This document shows positions 1-8,238 of a stretch of 64,000 nucleotides of DNA, in pieces. Under the pieces are notes generated by a model. It was not told the origin of the DNA, did no database searches, and saw only the letters and a list, made by a program, of their open reading frames with translations. Origin of the DNA: Candidatus Poribacteria bacterium (GTDB taxonomy: Bacteria; Poribacteria; WGA-4E; WGA-3G); assembly GCA_965205015.1 (NCBI GenBank), contig OZ242029.1, forward strand, positions 1,376,001 through 1,440,000. The letters run 5' to 3'. Position numbers and translations under genes: made by a program. How positions within the stretch are numbered: the stretch's first letter is position 1; the number at the start of each line of letters is the position of its first letter.

Positions 1-640
1 CTTCCCAGTCCTGTGTGACTACGTCCCAAATATCAGAAGGATTCTTGCCAAGCGGGTTTCCCGAAAGTTGACCGCGCTTTGGACCCTTGAAATGTCGTTT
101 GCCTGGATATTTTGACGGAACGCGCACCGGATCGAGATTGAAAACATATTCGTCGTCCTTGGTAAACCACAAAATAGTCTCATATCGACCTGAGAACCGT
201 TTTGTGCAGTGCAAACCGTGATTAAATCGCCAGATAATTCGATTCCGTAATTTTAAGTCCAAGCGTTTGAAAATCTCATAAAAGTAAATATCGAGCGGAA
301 ATACTTCACCTTTTTGGACGTAATTTCCGACTTGCCAACAGAGACTTCCAGTCGCGGCAAGCACTCGAACTATTTCCTTAATTATAGGTTCTTGATTTTT
401 CAGATATGACGCTAAGGATGTTGTCTTCTCATATTTTTTGCCTATATTGTATGGCGGAGATGTGACGACTAAATCCACTGAACCTGATGGAATGTTTCTT
501 AGCAGCTCGCTACAATCCCCGTCAAAGAGGACAACGTCTACATCAGTACTATAGGTCTCTGAAACCGTAATTTGACGCGGTGTGTTGAAAATATCCGTTG
601 CAACTTCAACTGTCTCAACGCGAGAATCTTGGGATGCCAT
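1..640 (-). CDS. Site-specific DNA methyltransferase (N4C/N6A, SPPY type), 3' end outside the window
   Basis: Not in the ORF track; translated by hand from ATG at 640 (SD AGGAG): MASQDSR...GDCSELLRNIPSGSVDLVVTSPPYNIGKKYE...RNRIIWRFNHGLH...RYETILWFTK...GKNPSDIW. Catalytic motif IV (SPPY) is near the N-terminus. Confidence 0.9.
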   Translation of the reverse strand, partial: MASQDSRVETVEVATDIFNTPRQITVSETYSTDVDVVLFDGDCSELLRNIPSGSVDLVVTSPPYNIGKKYEKTTSLASYLKNQEPIIKEIVRVLAATGSLCWQVGNYVQKGEVFPLDIYFYEIFKRLDLKLRNRIIWRFNHGLHCTKRFSGRYETILWFTKDDEYVFNLDPVRVPSKYPGKRHFKGPKRGQLSGNPLGKNPSDIWDVVTQDWE

Positions 641-649
641 GTCAATCTC

Positions 650-2542
650 CTAAGGTTGATAGTATTGCCCAAGGACCTCATTGGCAAGGCTTCTGCCGTC
701 CTCAATGACGCGAGCGGCGAAATCAAGTGTAACTTGGGTAACGTTGTTCTCTTGCGCTCGCTGCTCAATCCGCGTTTGCGTGATATTCCGCATAAATCCG
801 GCAGGCACTAAATTCAAACGCTCGATTGCCTCTTCCGTCCACTGAACCGGACTCTCAAAATCTTGAACGCCTTCAGCACTCTGAGCCTCGGGCTGCGCTT
901 GCACGGCTCTGAGTTCAGGAGCGTCCTCACGGACTGCCGCCGCTTCACCCATGCTGTCGTTGATAATCTCGGTTGCGAAGTCGTTTGTGATAGTCGCAAT
1001 CTTTTGAGAACGCGCGGATTTCTCAATACGTGCTTTAACGTTTCGGCGCATATAGCCGCGCGGAACCCCGCGGAGTGCCTTTTTCGCCTGTTCCGACCAC
1101 TGGAGTCGCACACCGTCAAACGTCTCTTCTTCGGCAGTACCGCCCTCGTCGACAGCGATATTCTGCAGTGAACGCTTGTCAACCCGCTGAAAACGTTCCG
1201 GCGGTGAACTACAGACGGGGCATTTCACGGGCTGTTGGTTGTGCGCAGCGTAGCCACATTCGCCACAGATATACGTCTGGACGGCATCCGATTCCAGCAC
1301 CTTCTGCTCAGCGATCTCCTTTGCGACGCGGGTCAACTGCTCAGAGGCACGCTGCGGCATGATGGCCTCCATCGCCATGTCAATAACACTCTCGGTAATC
1401 ACGGAATGCCCGCGCTCTATAGCGAACCGATGGACGGCTGTCTTGGCGATGCCGCGAACGAGCGGGGGTGCCTTCTCCATTCTATCCATAGCCTCCTGCG
1501 TCCAGACGAGCGTCTCCTCCGCTTTCACATCGATTTGTGGGAAATAGCGTTGGCTCGACAGGAGGACGTTGCAAGGGGCAAGGCGTAACAGATTCTCGGC
1601 AGTGCTACCGATGTCCATCTCCTGTTCACTGTGGACACCGATTCTGCCTAAGACGAGGAGCCACGGGTTCGTTTTACGTGTGTATTGTAGAATTTTTTCG
1701 TAGGCTTTGCCGTCAAGTAGGGTAATTTTTAGCGCGTAGTCGTGCTCCTCTTTTGCGATGGCGCGTGCAACCTCCAGATGCGACTGATAGATTTTCGCTA
1801 AACCCGTATCAATTACCTCTTCGTGGAGTTGTTCTTGCTCTTTAAATCTGAAAGTCCTCGCGGCGCGTTCCGTGAGCACATTCACAACGGAATTGAAGAC
1901 GATATAGTGTAGATACGGATCGTAGACCCCGACGGCTTCGACCTGTTTGTTGAACTTCCGTCCGAGGTGTATCGCGGTTTTCAAGCCTGAGAAAGATTCC
2001 GGACTTCCATCAATTCCGACGAGGATATTTCCTTGACTCTCTTCAATCGGTTCAAGGTCTCGGACGACGAGCGTATCGGTATTAATACGGCGGACAACGC
2101 GTTCACAGACGCCCCCGATGAGACTATCCTTGACGGCACCCATACCGAGTGCCCCCATAATCACAAGATCGTAATCGCCTTCCTGAATGTCCTCAACGAG
2201 TTTAATGAAGTGCTTGCCTTCCGGCATTCTCGCTTCAAACGGGATCTCGAATTCAGTGCACTTCTGTTTCATCACCTCAAGATAGGAATCCGAGATGAGT
2301 TGTAATCCCATGGTAATGAGCGTATCGTGGATACGACGTTGTTTCTCAAGTTCGACCTCGTCCTGATACTCCTCTGGCAGGGTATACTCCATCTGTTTAA
2401 AGCGAACATCGTGCATTTTTGCGGCATAAACGTGCGAGCCTACCAATTGGGATCCGAATTTCCTCGCGAACGCAACAGATAGAGCGATACTCGCGTCCGA
2501 GTAGTCCGAATTGTCAACGGGTACGTAGATTTTTTTGATCAT
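650..2542 (-). CDS. Tandem universal stress protein domains fused to three PCP_red-like domains and a rubredoxin-like domain
   Basis: USP motifs IYVPVDNS...MGALGMG...GGVCERVVR and ILVGIDGS...GRIG...GSTAENLLR; three WxxEA..R...P...R repeats; CGECG...CPVC. Confidence 0.85.
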   Translation of the reverse strand: MIKKIYVPVDNSDYSDASIALSVAFARKFGSQLVGSHVYAAKMHDVRFKQMEYTLPEEYQDEVELEKQRRIHDTLITMGLQLISDSYLEVMKQKCTEFEIPFEARMPEGKHFIKLVEDIQEGDYDLVIMGALGMGAVKDSLIGGVCERVVRRINTDTLVVRDLEPIEESQGNILVGIDGSPESFSGLKTAIHLGRKFNKQVEAVGVYDPYLHYIVFNSVVNVLTERAARTFRFKEQEQLHEEVIDTGLAKIYQSHLEVARAIAKEEHDYALKITLLDGKAYEKILQYTRKTNPWLLVLGRIGVHSEQEMDIGSTAENLLRLAPCNVLLSSQRYFPQIDVKAEETLVWTQEAMDRMEKAPPLVRGIAKTAVHRFAIERGHSVITESVIDMAMEAIMPQRASEQLTRVAKEIAEQKVLESDAVQTYICGECGYAAHNQQPVKCPVCSSPPERFQRVDKRSLQNIAVDEGGTAEEETFDGVRLQWSEQAKKALRGVPRGYMRRNVKARIEKSARSQKIATITNDFATEIINDSMGEAAAVREDAPELRAVQAQPEAQSAEGVQDFESPVQWTEEAIERLNLVPAGFMRNITQTRIEQRAQENNVTQVTLDFAARVIEDGRSLANEVLGQYYQP

Positions 2543-2572
2543 TTTTTTAATTTTCCTTGCGGATTCTTCATT

Positions 2573-2842
2573 TTACCTTGCATCCTGTTCGTCTTTTCTG
2601 TAACGCGCCCCCAGAAAGCCGCCGAGTATATGCACAATCAATGTTGCGGGCCATAAGTAAACCATCGCGGTTTGCCAGTCCCAATGGAGGACAAAACGGC
2701 GTGCGACGATATTAATAACAATCGGTATGTAAAGGCATCTGCTCCACGGACGACTGAATCTCTTAAACCGTCCACGGTAAAATCCGAACGTGAAATGAAC
2801 CACAAAAGCCGCGAGGGAGATGAATAGGTTCAAATCATTCAT
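2573..2842 (-). CDS. Small membrane protein
   Basis: 89 aa with about 3 hydrophobic segments; ATGA overlap with the SCO gene. Confidence 0.7.
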   Translation of the reverse strand: MNDLNLFISLAAFVVHFTFGFYRGRFKRFSRPWSRCLYIPIVINIVARRFVLHWDWQTAMVYLWPATLIVHILGGFLGARYRKDEQDAR

Positions 2843-3477
2843 TTCTTAAGGAGTGCTTTGACATCTCGCCGCAAGCGTAGCAGTGCGGGTTTGCTCCGGC
2901 TATCGTAGTAGCCATAAATGTTCCCATCTGGCGCGACGAGAACGAATCTCGTGCTATGCAGGAGTTCAGTGCCGTTGTGTCCCGCCGCTAAACTGAAGCC
3001 GTTTTCGGCTAACGCGTAGATATCCGCTTTGTTCCCCGTAAGAAAGTGCCAACGTCTATCGTCAGCCCCATAAACCTTTGCGTAGCGTGAGAGGACGCTT
3101 GATGTATCCCGCTCCGGGTCGACCGAGAAAGAGACAAAATAGACCGGATCCGCAACGAATTCGGATTGAAGACGTGCCATCTCCTGCGTCATCGCCGGGC
3201 AAATCGTTGGGCAATTGGTGAAGATGAAGTCTGCGACCCAAATTTTGCCCTTCATGTCGGACAGTGTCAATGACTTCCCCTGTTGCGTTGTCAGACGAAA
3301 GTCTGGCACGCTGACAGCGGCACTTTTAGAGACCGGCATCTCCGATTTCGTATCAAATACCGACCACAAGTTGACACCCGCGATACCGATAATAATAACA
3401 CCGAGCACCACCCAGATGAGGGTGCTTTTATCGAGTTTTCGTTTAACGTTACCGGCAGCTTCGGTGTGTGTCTCCAT
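2839..3477 (-). CDS. SCO1/SenC copper chaperone
   Basis: FIFTNCPTICP (CxxxC), SVDPERD, conserved His in LLHSTRFVLV, N-terminal TM. Confidence 0.93.
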   Translation of the reverse strand: METHTEAAGNVKRKLDKSTLIWVVLGVIIIGIAGVNLWSVFDTKSEMPVSKSAAVSVPDFRLTTQQGKSLTLSDMKGKIWVADFIFTNCPTICPAMTQEMARLQSEFVADPVYFVSFSVDPERDTSSVLSRYAKVYGADDRRWHFLTGNKADIYALAENGFSLAAGHNGTELLHSTRFVLVAPDGNIYGYYDSRSKPALLRLRRDVKALLKK

Positions 3478-3493
3478 ATCCAGTCACCACATC

Positions 3494-3516
3494 GTAGGGG
3501 CGAGGCTCCCTCGCCC
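3494..3516 (+). repeat. GTAG-type REP-like palindrome
   Basis: GTAGGGGCGAGGCTCCCTCGCCC; related copies at 13671, 59440 and 62084. Confidence 0.7.
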
Positions 3517-3518
3517 GA

Positions 3519-3860
3519 CTAATGAGCCGAGGTATCAACGACTTCCGCCGGTTTTTCTATGCCTTCATGCCGATCATCTGACGTGAGATCCGGCATCAGC
3601 ATGATGACGAGAAAAACGCAGATAAGGAAGGGGGTTACGACAATAGCTGCCAACGTCTTCCTTTCAAATTTCAGATGCATGAAATAATTCGCAACTAAGA
3701 TGGCCTTAGCACACGCCAGTCCAATGAGCAGGATGGCTTTGACCACCGTTGGGAAATCCGGGATGACTACCAAAAGTTCAAGGACGGTCAGCCCGGCGAG
3801 CCACCAGAAAATATTCATGTATTTCGGATGCTCTTTGTGCCCATTTTGTGCCATTTTCAT
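3519..3860 (-). CDS. ctaF: Cytochrome c oxidase subunit IV
   Basis: LTVLEL...KAILVANYFMHLKFE motif, 3 TM, located in the cox cluster. Confidence 0.88.
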   Translation of the reverse strand: MKMAQNGHKEHPKYMNIFWWLAGLTVLELLVVIPDFPTVVKAILLIGLACAKAILVANYFMHLKFERKTLAAIVVTPFLICVFLVIMLMPDLTSDDRHEGIEKPAEVVDTSAH

Positions 3861-3869
3861 GTCCTCCTA

Positions 3870-4520
3870 TTATAGTAGATAGATGAAGGTGAAGACCATA
3901 ATCCAAATAAGGTCAACGAAGTGCCAGTAGAGCCCGACAATTTCTACCTCATGGTTAAATTCGGCGGTATATCTGCCACGCAAGCCGTGTATCAAGATAA
4001 CAATGAGATAGATGACACCCCCGGTTACGTGCATCCCGTGGAAACCCGTGATGGCATAGAAAGTGGGACCAAAAAGCGTCGAGCCACTAATTGCTGCCCC
4101 CGATAACCCATGCTCAGGAATACTGGTAAGCGTCAATCCGTGGTGAATCAGATGATACCATTCATAAGCCTGTAGCCCAAGGAAGATGACACCTCCACCG
4201 ATCGTCAACCCAAGGAACATGCACATGCGTGAGACATTACCGTTCTGAATCGACTCCAATGCTTTTACCATTGTGACACTACTGCATATCAACAGAAATG
4301 TCATAAACGCCGTTAACTCAATGCCAAGAACCTCCGTTGGCGGCGCCCAACCGATTGCACCTGCCCCCGCTCGGATAGCGGCATAAGCCGCCAACAACGC
4401 GCCAAACGACATGGTATCCCCGACGAGGAAGATCCACATGCCGAGTTTACCAAGGCTGTCCGGCGTCAGCGAAGGTTCATATACATCTTCAGTGTGATCT
4501 AAAGTGGTAGTGTGTTCCAC
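3870..4520 (-). CDS. ctaE: Cytochrome c oxidase subunit III (short form, copy A)
   Basis: GMWIFL..D...F, TGFHGMHVTGG, GLYWHFVDLIW; GTG start with SD AAGGAG. Confidence 0.92.
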   Translation of the reverse strand: MEHTTTLDHTEDVYEPSLTPDSLGKLGMWIFLVGDTMSFGALLAAYAAIRAGAGAIGWAPPTEVLGIELTAFMTFLLICSSVTMVKALESIQNGNVSRMCMFLGLTIGGGVIFLGLQAYEWYHLIHHGLTLTSIPEHGLSGAAISGSTLFGPTFYAITGFHGMHVTGGVIYLIVILIHGLRGRYTAEFNHEVEIVGLYWHFVDLIWIMVFTFIYLL

Positions 4521-4541
4521 TACAGTTAACTCCTTATATTC

Positions 4542-4617
4542 GTTATCGGTTATCAGTTAAAGAAGGATTTGGAATTATCAGAATCCAGTTTTAAGTGTGT
4601 ACTGATAACTAACAACT
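4542..4617. repeat. Heptamer-repeat inverted element (TATCAGT...ACTGATA family)
   Basis: GTTATCGGTTATCAGT...ACTGATAACTAACAAC; same architecture at 10758, 11657, 12655, 31455, 32982 and 62120. Confidence 0.65.
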
Positions 4618-4624
4618 ATTTTGA

Positions 4625-4861
4625 TTAGATGGTTTCTTGATCCATCGGTTTCCTGTTTGCCCGTCGGTGATGCCAATAAACTGTGCCACCGATGAGACCG
4701 AAAACCGTAAACGGCATCGCCATCAGAAAAAGGATACTCCAATTAAAACCCTTATTGATAGGATCATCAAGTTCTTTACAGCCCGGACACGCCTCAAGAG
4801 ACATCGGTACGATGAACATAACGAGTATCAAGATAGATGCCCAGAAAAACAATGTATGCAT
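4625..4861 (-). CDS. Small membrane protein with CxxC motif (cox cluster)
   Basis: Start re-assigned to ATG 4861 (SD AAGGA): MHTLFFW...SLEACPGCKELDD...ILFLMAMPF; 2 TM. Confidence 0.75.
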   Translation of the reverse strand: MHTLFFWASILILVMFIVPMSLEACPGCKELDDPINKGFNWSILFLMAMPFTVFGLIGGTVYWHHRRANRKPMDQETI

Positions 4862-4874
4862 TCTAACAATTCCT

Positions 4875-5426
4875 TTACGAGAGATATACCAAAACGTAGA
4901 GAATTGGCCAGAGCGCGACAACAAAAATCCAGTAGATCGTACAGGTATCAACACCGACGTAACGTTCAGCAGAGAAACGTCCTGCCAGTGCCATGCCAAA
5001 AACGATGAACAGCCAGATAACAGCACTCAGCACATGGACGGCATGGCATCCGATGAGTACATAAAAGATACCGCCATACACCCCAGACTGGAGCGTCAGT
5101 CCGTTGCGAATCAGCTGCACCCATTCGCTTCCCTGCACGCCGAGGAAGAGTAACCCAAGCCCGCCCGTAATCAGTAGCCAATTGCGGAGTTGCTTCACAT
5201 GGTCCCTCTGAATTGCGCGGTGTGCTTGAAACATCGTGTAGCCGCTCAATAGAAGCAGTGCCGTGTTGATACCCGTTACCGCACGTGGGAGTTCAATCCC
5301 GAGATGCGACGGCGGGGGCCAGGTGACATTCCCGACTCGAAATACGAGAAACGTCCCGATGAGACCTGCAAACAGCATTGTCTCAGCACCGAGCAGGACT
5401 AATATAGCCAATCGTGCGTTGCTCAT
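4875..5426 (-). CDS. ctaE: Cytochrome c oxidase subunit III (short form, copy B, divergent)
   Basis: ETMLFAGL, NTALLLLSG, QGSEW, GCHAVHV, YWIFV. Confidence 0.88.
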   Translation of the reverse strand: MSNARLAILVLLGAETMLFAGLIGTFLVFRVGNVTWPPPSHLGIELPRAVTGINTALLLLSGYTMFQAHRAIQRDHVKQLRNWLLITGGLGLLFLGVQGSEWVQLIRNGLTLQSGVYGGIFYVLIGCHAVHVLSAVIWLFIVFGMALAGRFSAERYVGVDTCTIYWIFVVALWPILYVLVYLS

Positions 5427-5460
5427 TTATTTCAATCTCGCAATCAAGATGCTTTTTGTT

Positions 5461-5706
5461 TCACGTATTTCGAGTGATCCGAAGAACGATCTCAGCGACT
5501 GCCGCGATAACCAGTAGTAAACCGATGACCCCTAAAACCGGTGTGCCGATACCTCGCACAACTTTTTCAACGAGCGGATGCGTTTTGCTGCCTGTAACAA
5601 TTGCTGTCGTTGCGATGATAAACAATCCCGCAAACAGCAGACACAGGATAATACCGAGGCGACGATTTCGTTTGCGATGTTCTGGGGCATTCATCTGTGC
5701 CATCAT
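5461..5706 (-). CDS. Hypothetical 2-TM membrane protein
   Basis: Two hydrophobic segments; ATGA overlap with the upstream gene. Confidence 0.6.
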   Translation of the reverse strand: MMAQMNAPEHRKRNRRLGIILCLLFAGLFIIATTAIVTGSKTHPLVEKVVRGIGTPVLGVIGLLLVIAAVAEIVLRITRNT

Positions 5707-6068
5707 CCACGCCCCCTATTTCTCACAACTCTGTATTTCAATGGATCGGGCCCAAAGCGGTTTCGACCGTAAGTTCCGCTGCGACACCCTAATTCAATCA
5801 CTATCCAGAAGATACCAATACCCGTAAACTCAATGAGTATCCACCACCCTGATCTGTCCCGATCGTGAAAGCGTTTCGTACTTGTAGCCCAGTGTGCCAA
5901 ACCAAGACAGAGCGTGCAAAAACTATAAACTCCAGACTCTCCCGCATCAAGAAGCGCAGCACTCCCGTGAACGATAAAACCGACACCGAATATCAGCAAC
6001 TGTGTCAGCCACCATTTCTCCCGATTAATCCGACCGCTGAACGAGAACAGGAGTTCAAATAGTGCCAT
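5703..6068 (-). CDS. DUF805 (YhaH-like) membrane protein
   Basis: FSFSGRINRE.WW, KRFHDRDRSGWW, G.N.FGPDP. Confidence 0.88.
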   Translation of the reverse strand: MALFELLFSFSGRINREKWWLTQLLIFGVGFIVHGSAALLDAGESGVYSFCTLCLGLAHWATSTKRFHDRDRSGWWILIEFTGIGIFWIVIELGCRSGTYGRNRFGPDPLKYRVVRNRGRG

Positions 6069-6095
6069 TTTTCTAATTTTCCTTGCGGCTAAACC

Positions 6096-7022
6096 CTAAA
6101 CCTTGTCCAACGCCATCGTGACAAATACCAACGGCAGATAGAGCAGCGAGGCGTATAACAGATAGCGTGCGGCTTTCACGGAGCGTGTGCGTGCTAAATA
6201 GATACCAATCGCCAGAAACCCTACGCCTGATAGCAATGCTGTGAAGAAATAGACGCTACCGGCAATGGTGTATAACGTCGGTAACAAACCTATTCCGAGG
6301 AGTGCGACGCAGTTAACCACAATTTGACGACACGTACTCGTCCCATCTGGGTGAATGACCGGTAACAAACGGAACCCCGCTTTTGCGTAGTCTTCGCGAT
6401 AGATGTAGGCGATTGCGAGAGAGTGCGGTATCTGCCACAAAAAGAGGATCGTAAATAGCACCCACGCCTCGCCCGTTAGCGAACCCCGTGCGGCAACCCA
6501 TCCGACGACAGGCGGAAGTGCTCCCGGCACTGCCCCGATAAGTGTACACAGCGAGGTTTTCCGCTTGAGCGGTGTATAGAGAAAGAGATAACTCACGACT
6601 ATCAGCGAAATGACAAAACCACTCAGTACATTGACGATAAACGTCAGGTAAAGCATCCCGCTGCCCGTGAGGACAGCACCGACAAGAAGTGCCGTCAGCG
6701 GATTCATCCTACCACCGGGGAGTGGTCTCTCCTGTGTCCGCATCATCTGTGCGTCTACATCGCGCTCAAGATATTGGTTGAGCCCCAAGACCCCTGCCGC
6801 GGTCAACCCTGCACCAAGAAGTGTATGCAGGCATTGGAGCCAATCTACGGTTTGTTGTGCGCCGAGATAGAAACCCGCGGCGGTCGTAATGAGTATCATC
6901 ACCACCAATCTCGGCTTGACGAGTTCGATAAAGTCAGCGGCGCGATGCGCAAAAACCGTCGACTTTGACGGTGGATTCGCCGTATCTGTATTGTCTGGTA
7001 ACGTTACCGTTGTTGAACGCAT
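6096..7022 (-). CDS. ctaB: Protoheme IX farnesyltransferase (heme O synthase)
   Basis: LVKPR, NQYLERDVDAQMMRTQERPLPGG, YTPLKRK, GAVPGALPP, WQIPH, DYAKAG. Confidence 0.96.
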   Translation of the reverse strand: MRSTTVTLPDNTDTANPPSKSTVFAHRAADFIELVKPRLVVMILITTAAGFYLGAQQTVDWLQCLHTLLGAGLTAAGVLGLNQYLERDVDAQMMRTQERPLPGGRMNPLTALLVGAVLTGSGMLYLTFIVNVLSGFVISLIVVSYLFLYTPLKRKTSLCTLIGAVPGALPPVVGWVAARGSLTGEAWVLFTILFLWQIPHSLAIAYIYREDYAKAGFRLLPVIHPDGTSTCRQIVVNCVALLGIGLLPTLYTIAGSVYFFTALLSGVGFLAIGIYLARTRSVKAARYLLYASLLYLPLVFVTMALDKV

Positions 7023-7134
7023 CTTTTAATTATACCTTGCCGATAAATAACGTCCATTTGAATTTTGATATTTTTCGCTTTCGAGTCGCCTGCGTGTTTT
7101 TGCTTGGGGGTTTCTGCGTATTGTTGCAGGCTAC
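7023..7134 (-). repeat. GTAG...GCAAGGTATAATTAAAA interspersed element abutting a start codon
   Basis: Minus strand GTAGCCTGCAAC...CGGCAAGGTATAATTAAAAG-ATG; shares its 3' end with elements at 17886 and 24396. Confidence 0.55.
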
Positions 7135-7185
7135 GTTTTTGAGACTCATATTTACGCAGAGATACACCTCATCCTAATACCCATC

Positions 7186-8118
7186 TTATTCTGTGAGCAG
7201 GGTATCACTCGCGGGTGTACCGACAACTACCGATGCATCTGTGAATCGGTAGACTCTTAAGGTAAGCACAAAACTGCTCACCAGCATGAGTGCCCCGACT
7301 GCGACATGTGCAGTCGTGATTGTGACCGTGAGGGCGGTTGCGAACGTTTCTCCGAGGGCGGTAAGCTTGGCGAAAAACGCGCCAGTGCCGAGCATCAACT
7401 GAATCACAAGCAAACCCAGCAACACCATAGGCATCGCTTGCCCAATCCGCTGTGCGTCCCCATTCACCCCAAGAACACGCCTTGCCAATAAAAAGATATG
7501 CAACGCAACCAAGAAAGCAAAGAGAAGATGTGCGTCAAGTCTACTACCGGTATGTCGCAAAATCGCGCCAAAAATGAGCTGCACATACAAGAGACAGGTC
7601 GTAATCAGGCTTAACCGGCGTAACTTTTGGGCTGACTCAATCGCAGGTCTCCCCTCATCTTGCCACCAATCGCGAGAGGTAAACCAAGCGATCCCACAAA
7701 GCAGGGCAAAGAACGCTTGTGCGAGGCATGCATGCACTATTGCGAAGTTGCGATTAATCTGTGTGACCCGAAGCCCCCCGAGAACCCCTTGGACAATGAC
7801 AGCGACCAGCGCAGCAAGCCCAAGCCATTTCAGCCATTTGCGTGAATCTCTTACCAAAAGTAAAATAAAGAGACCGACTGTCAAAAGTCCTACGAGGGAC
7901 CCCATAAGCCGATGACTATGTTCGTATAGAATGCCGCCTACCATCTCCGAGAGTGGATAGAGAAACATATTATACCCAAAGGTCGTCGGCCAATCAGGCA
8001 CTGCTAACCCGGATTCTGTACTTGTGACAATCCCACCGATGACAATCAACAAGAACGTCGCGCCTGCTGTGAGGCGTGCCATTCTGTGAAGCCACGGGCT
8101 ATACGCGTGTTGTTCCAT
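7186..8118 (-). CDS. ctaA: Heme A synthase (COX15/CtaA)
   Basis: SGLAVPDWP, YEHSHR, QGVLGG, IVHA, AHVAVG. Confidence 0.92.
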   Translation of the reverse strand: MEQHAYSPWLHRMARLTAGATFLLIVIGGIVTSTESGLAVPDWPTTFGYNMFLYPLSEMVGGILYEHSHRLMGSLVGLLTVGLFILLLVRDSRKWLKWLGLAALVAVIVQGVLGGLRVTQINRNFAIVHACLAQAFFALLCGIAWFTSRDWWQDEGRPAIESAQKLRRLSLITTCLLYVQLIFGAILRHTGSRLDAHLLFAFLVALHIFLLARRVLGVNGDAQRIGQAMPMVLLGLLVIQLMLGTGAFFAKLTALGETFATALTVTITTAHVAVGALMLVSSFVLTLRVYRFTDASVVVGTPASDTLLTE

Positions 8119-8143
8119 GCCAAATTTCCACCAAAGAAAAAAG

Positions 8144-8231
8144 AATGGAAGACAAGAAAATTCTTGGTTGGAAGGTCGGAAGATTGGAGGGCACCCCCTT
8201 CCATCCTTCCGTTCCTCCTTCCACGCTTCCT
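8144..8231. repeat. GGAAG/CTTCC short-unit inverted repeat element
   Basis: GGAAGG/GGAAGA units followed by CTTCC units; similar units at 41140-41170. Confidence 0.5.
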
Positions 8232-8238
8232 CCGTCTT

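Noticed and set aside
1-640. Assigning a recognition sequence (e.g. BglII-like) to the MTase
   Set aside because: Resemblance is from memory only, the gene is truncated, and no search is possible.
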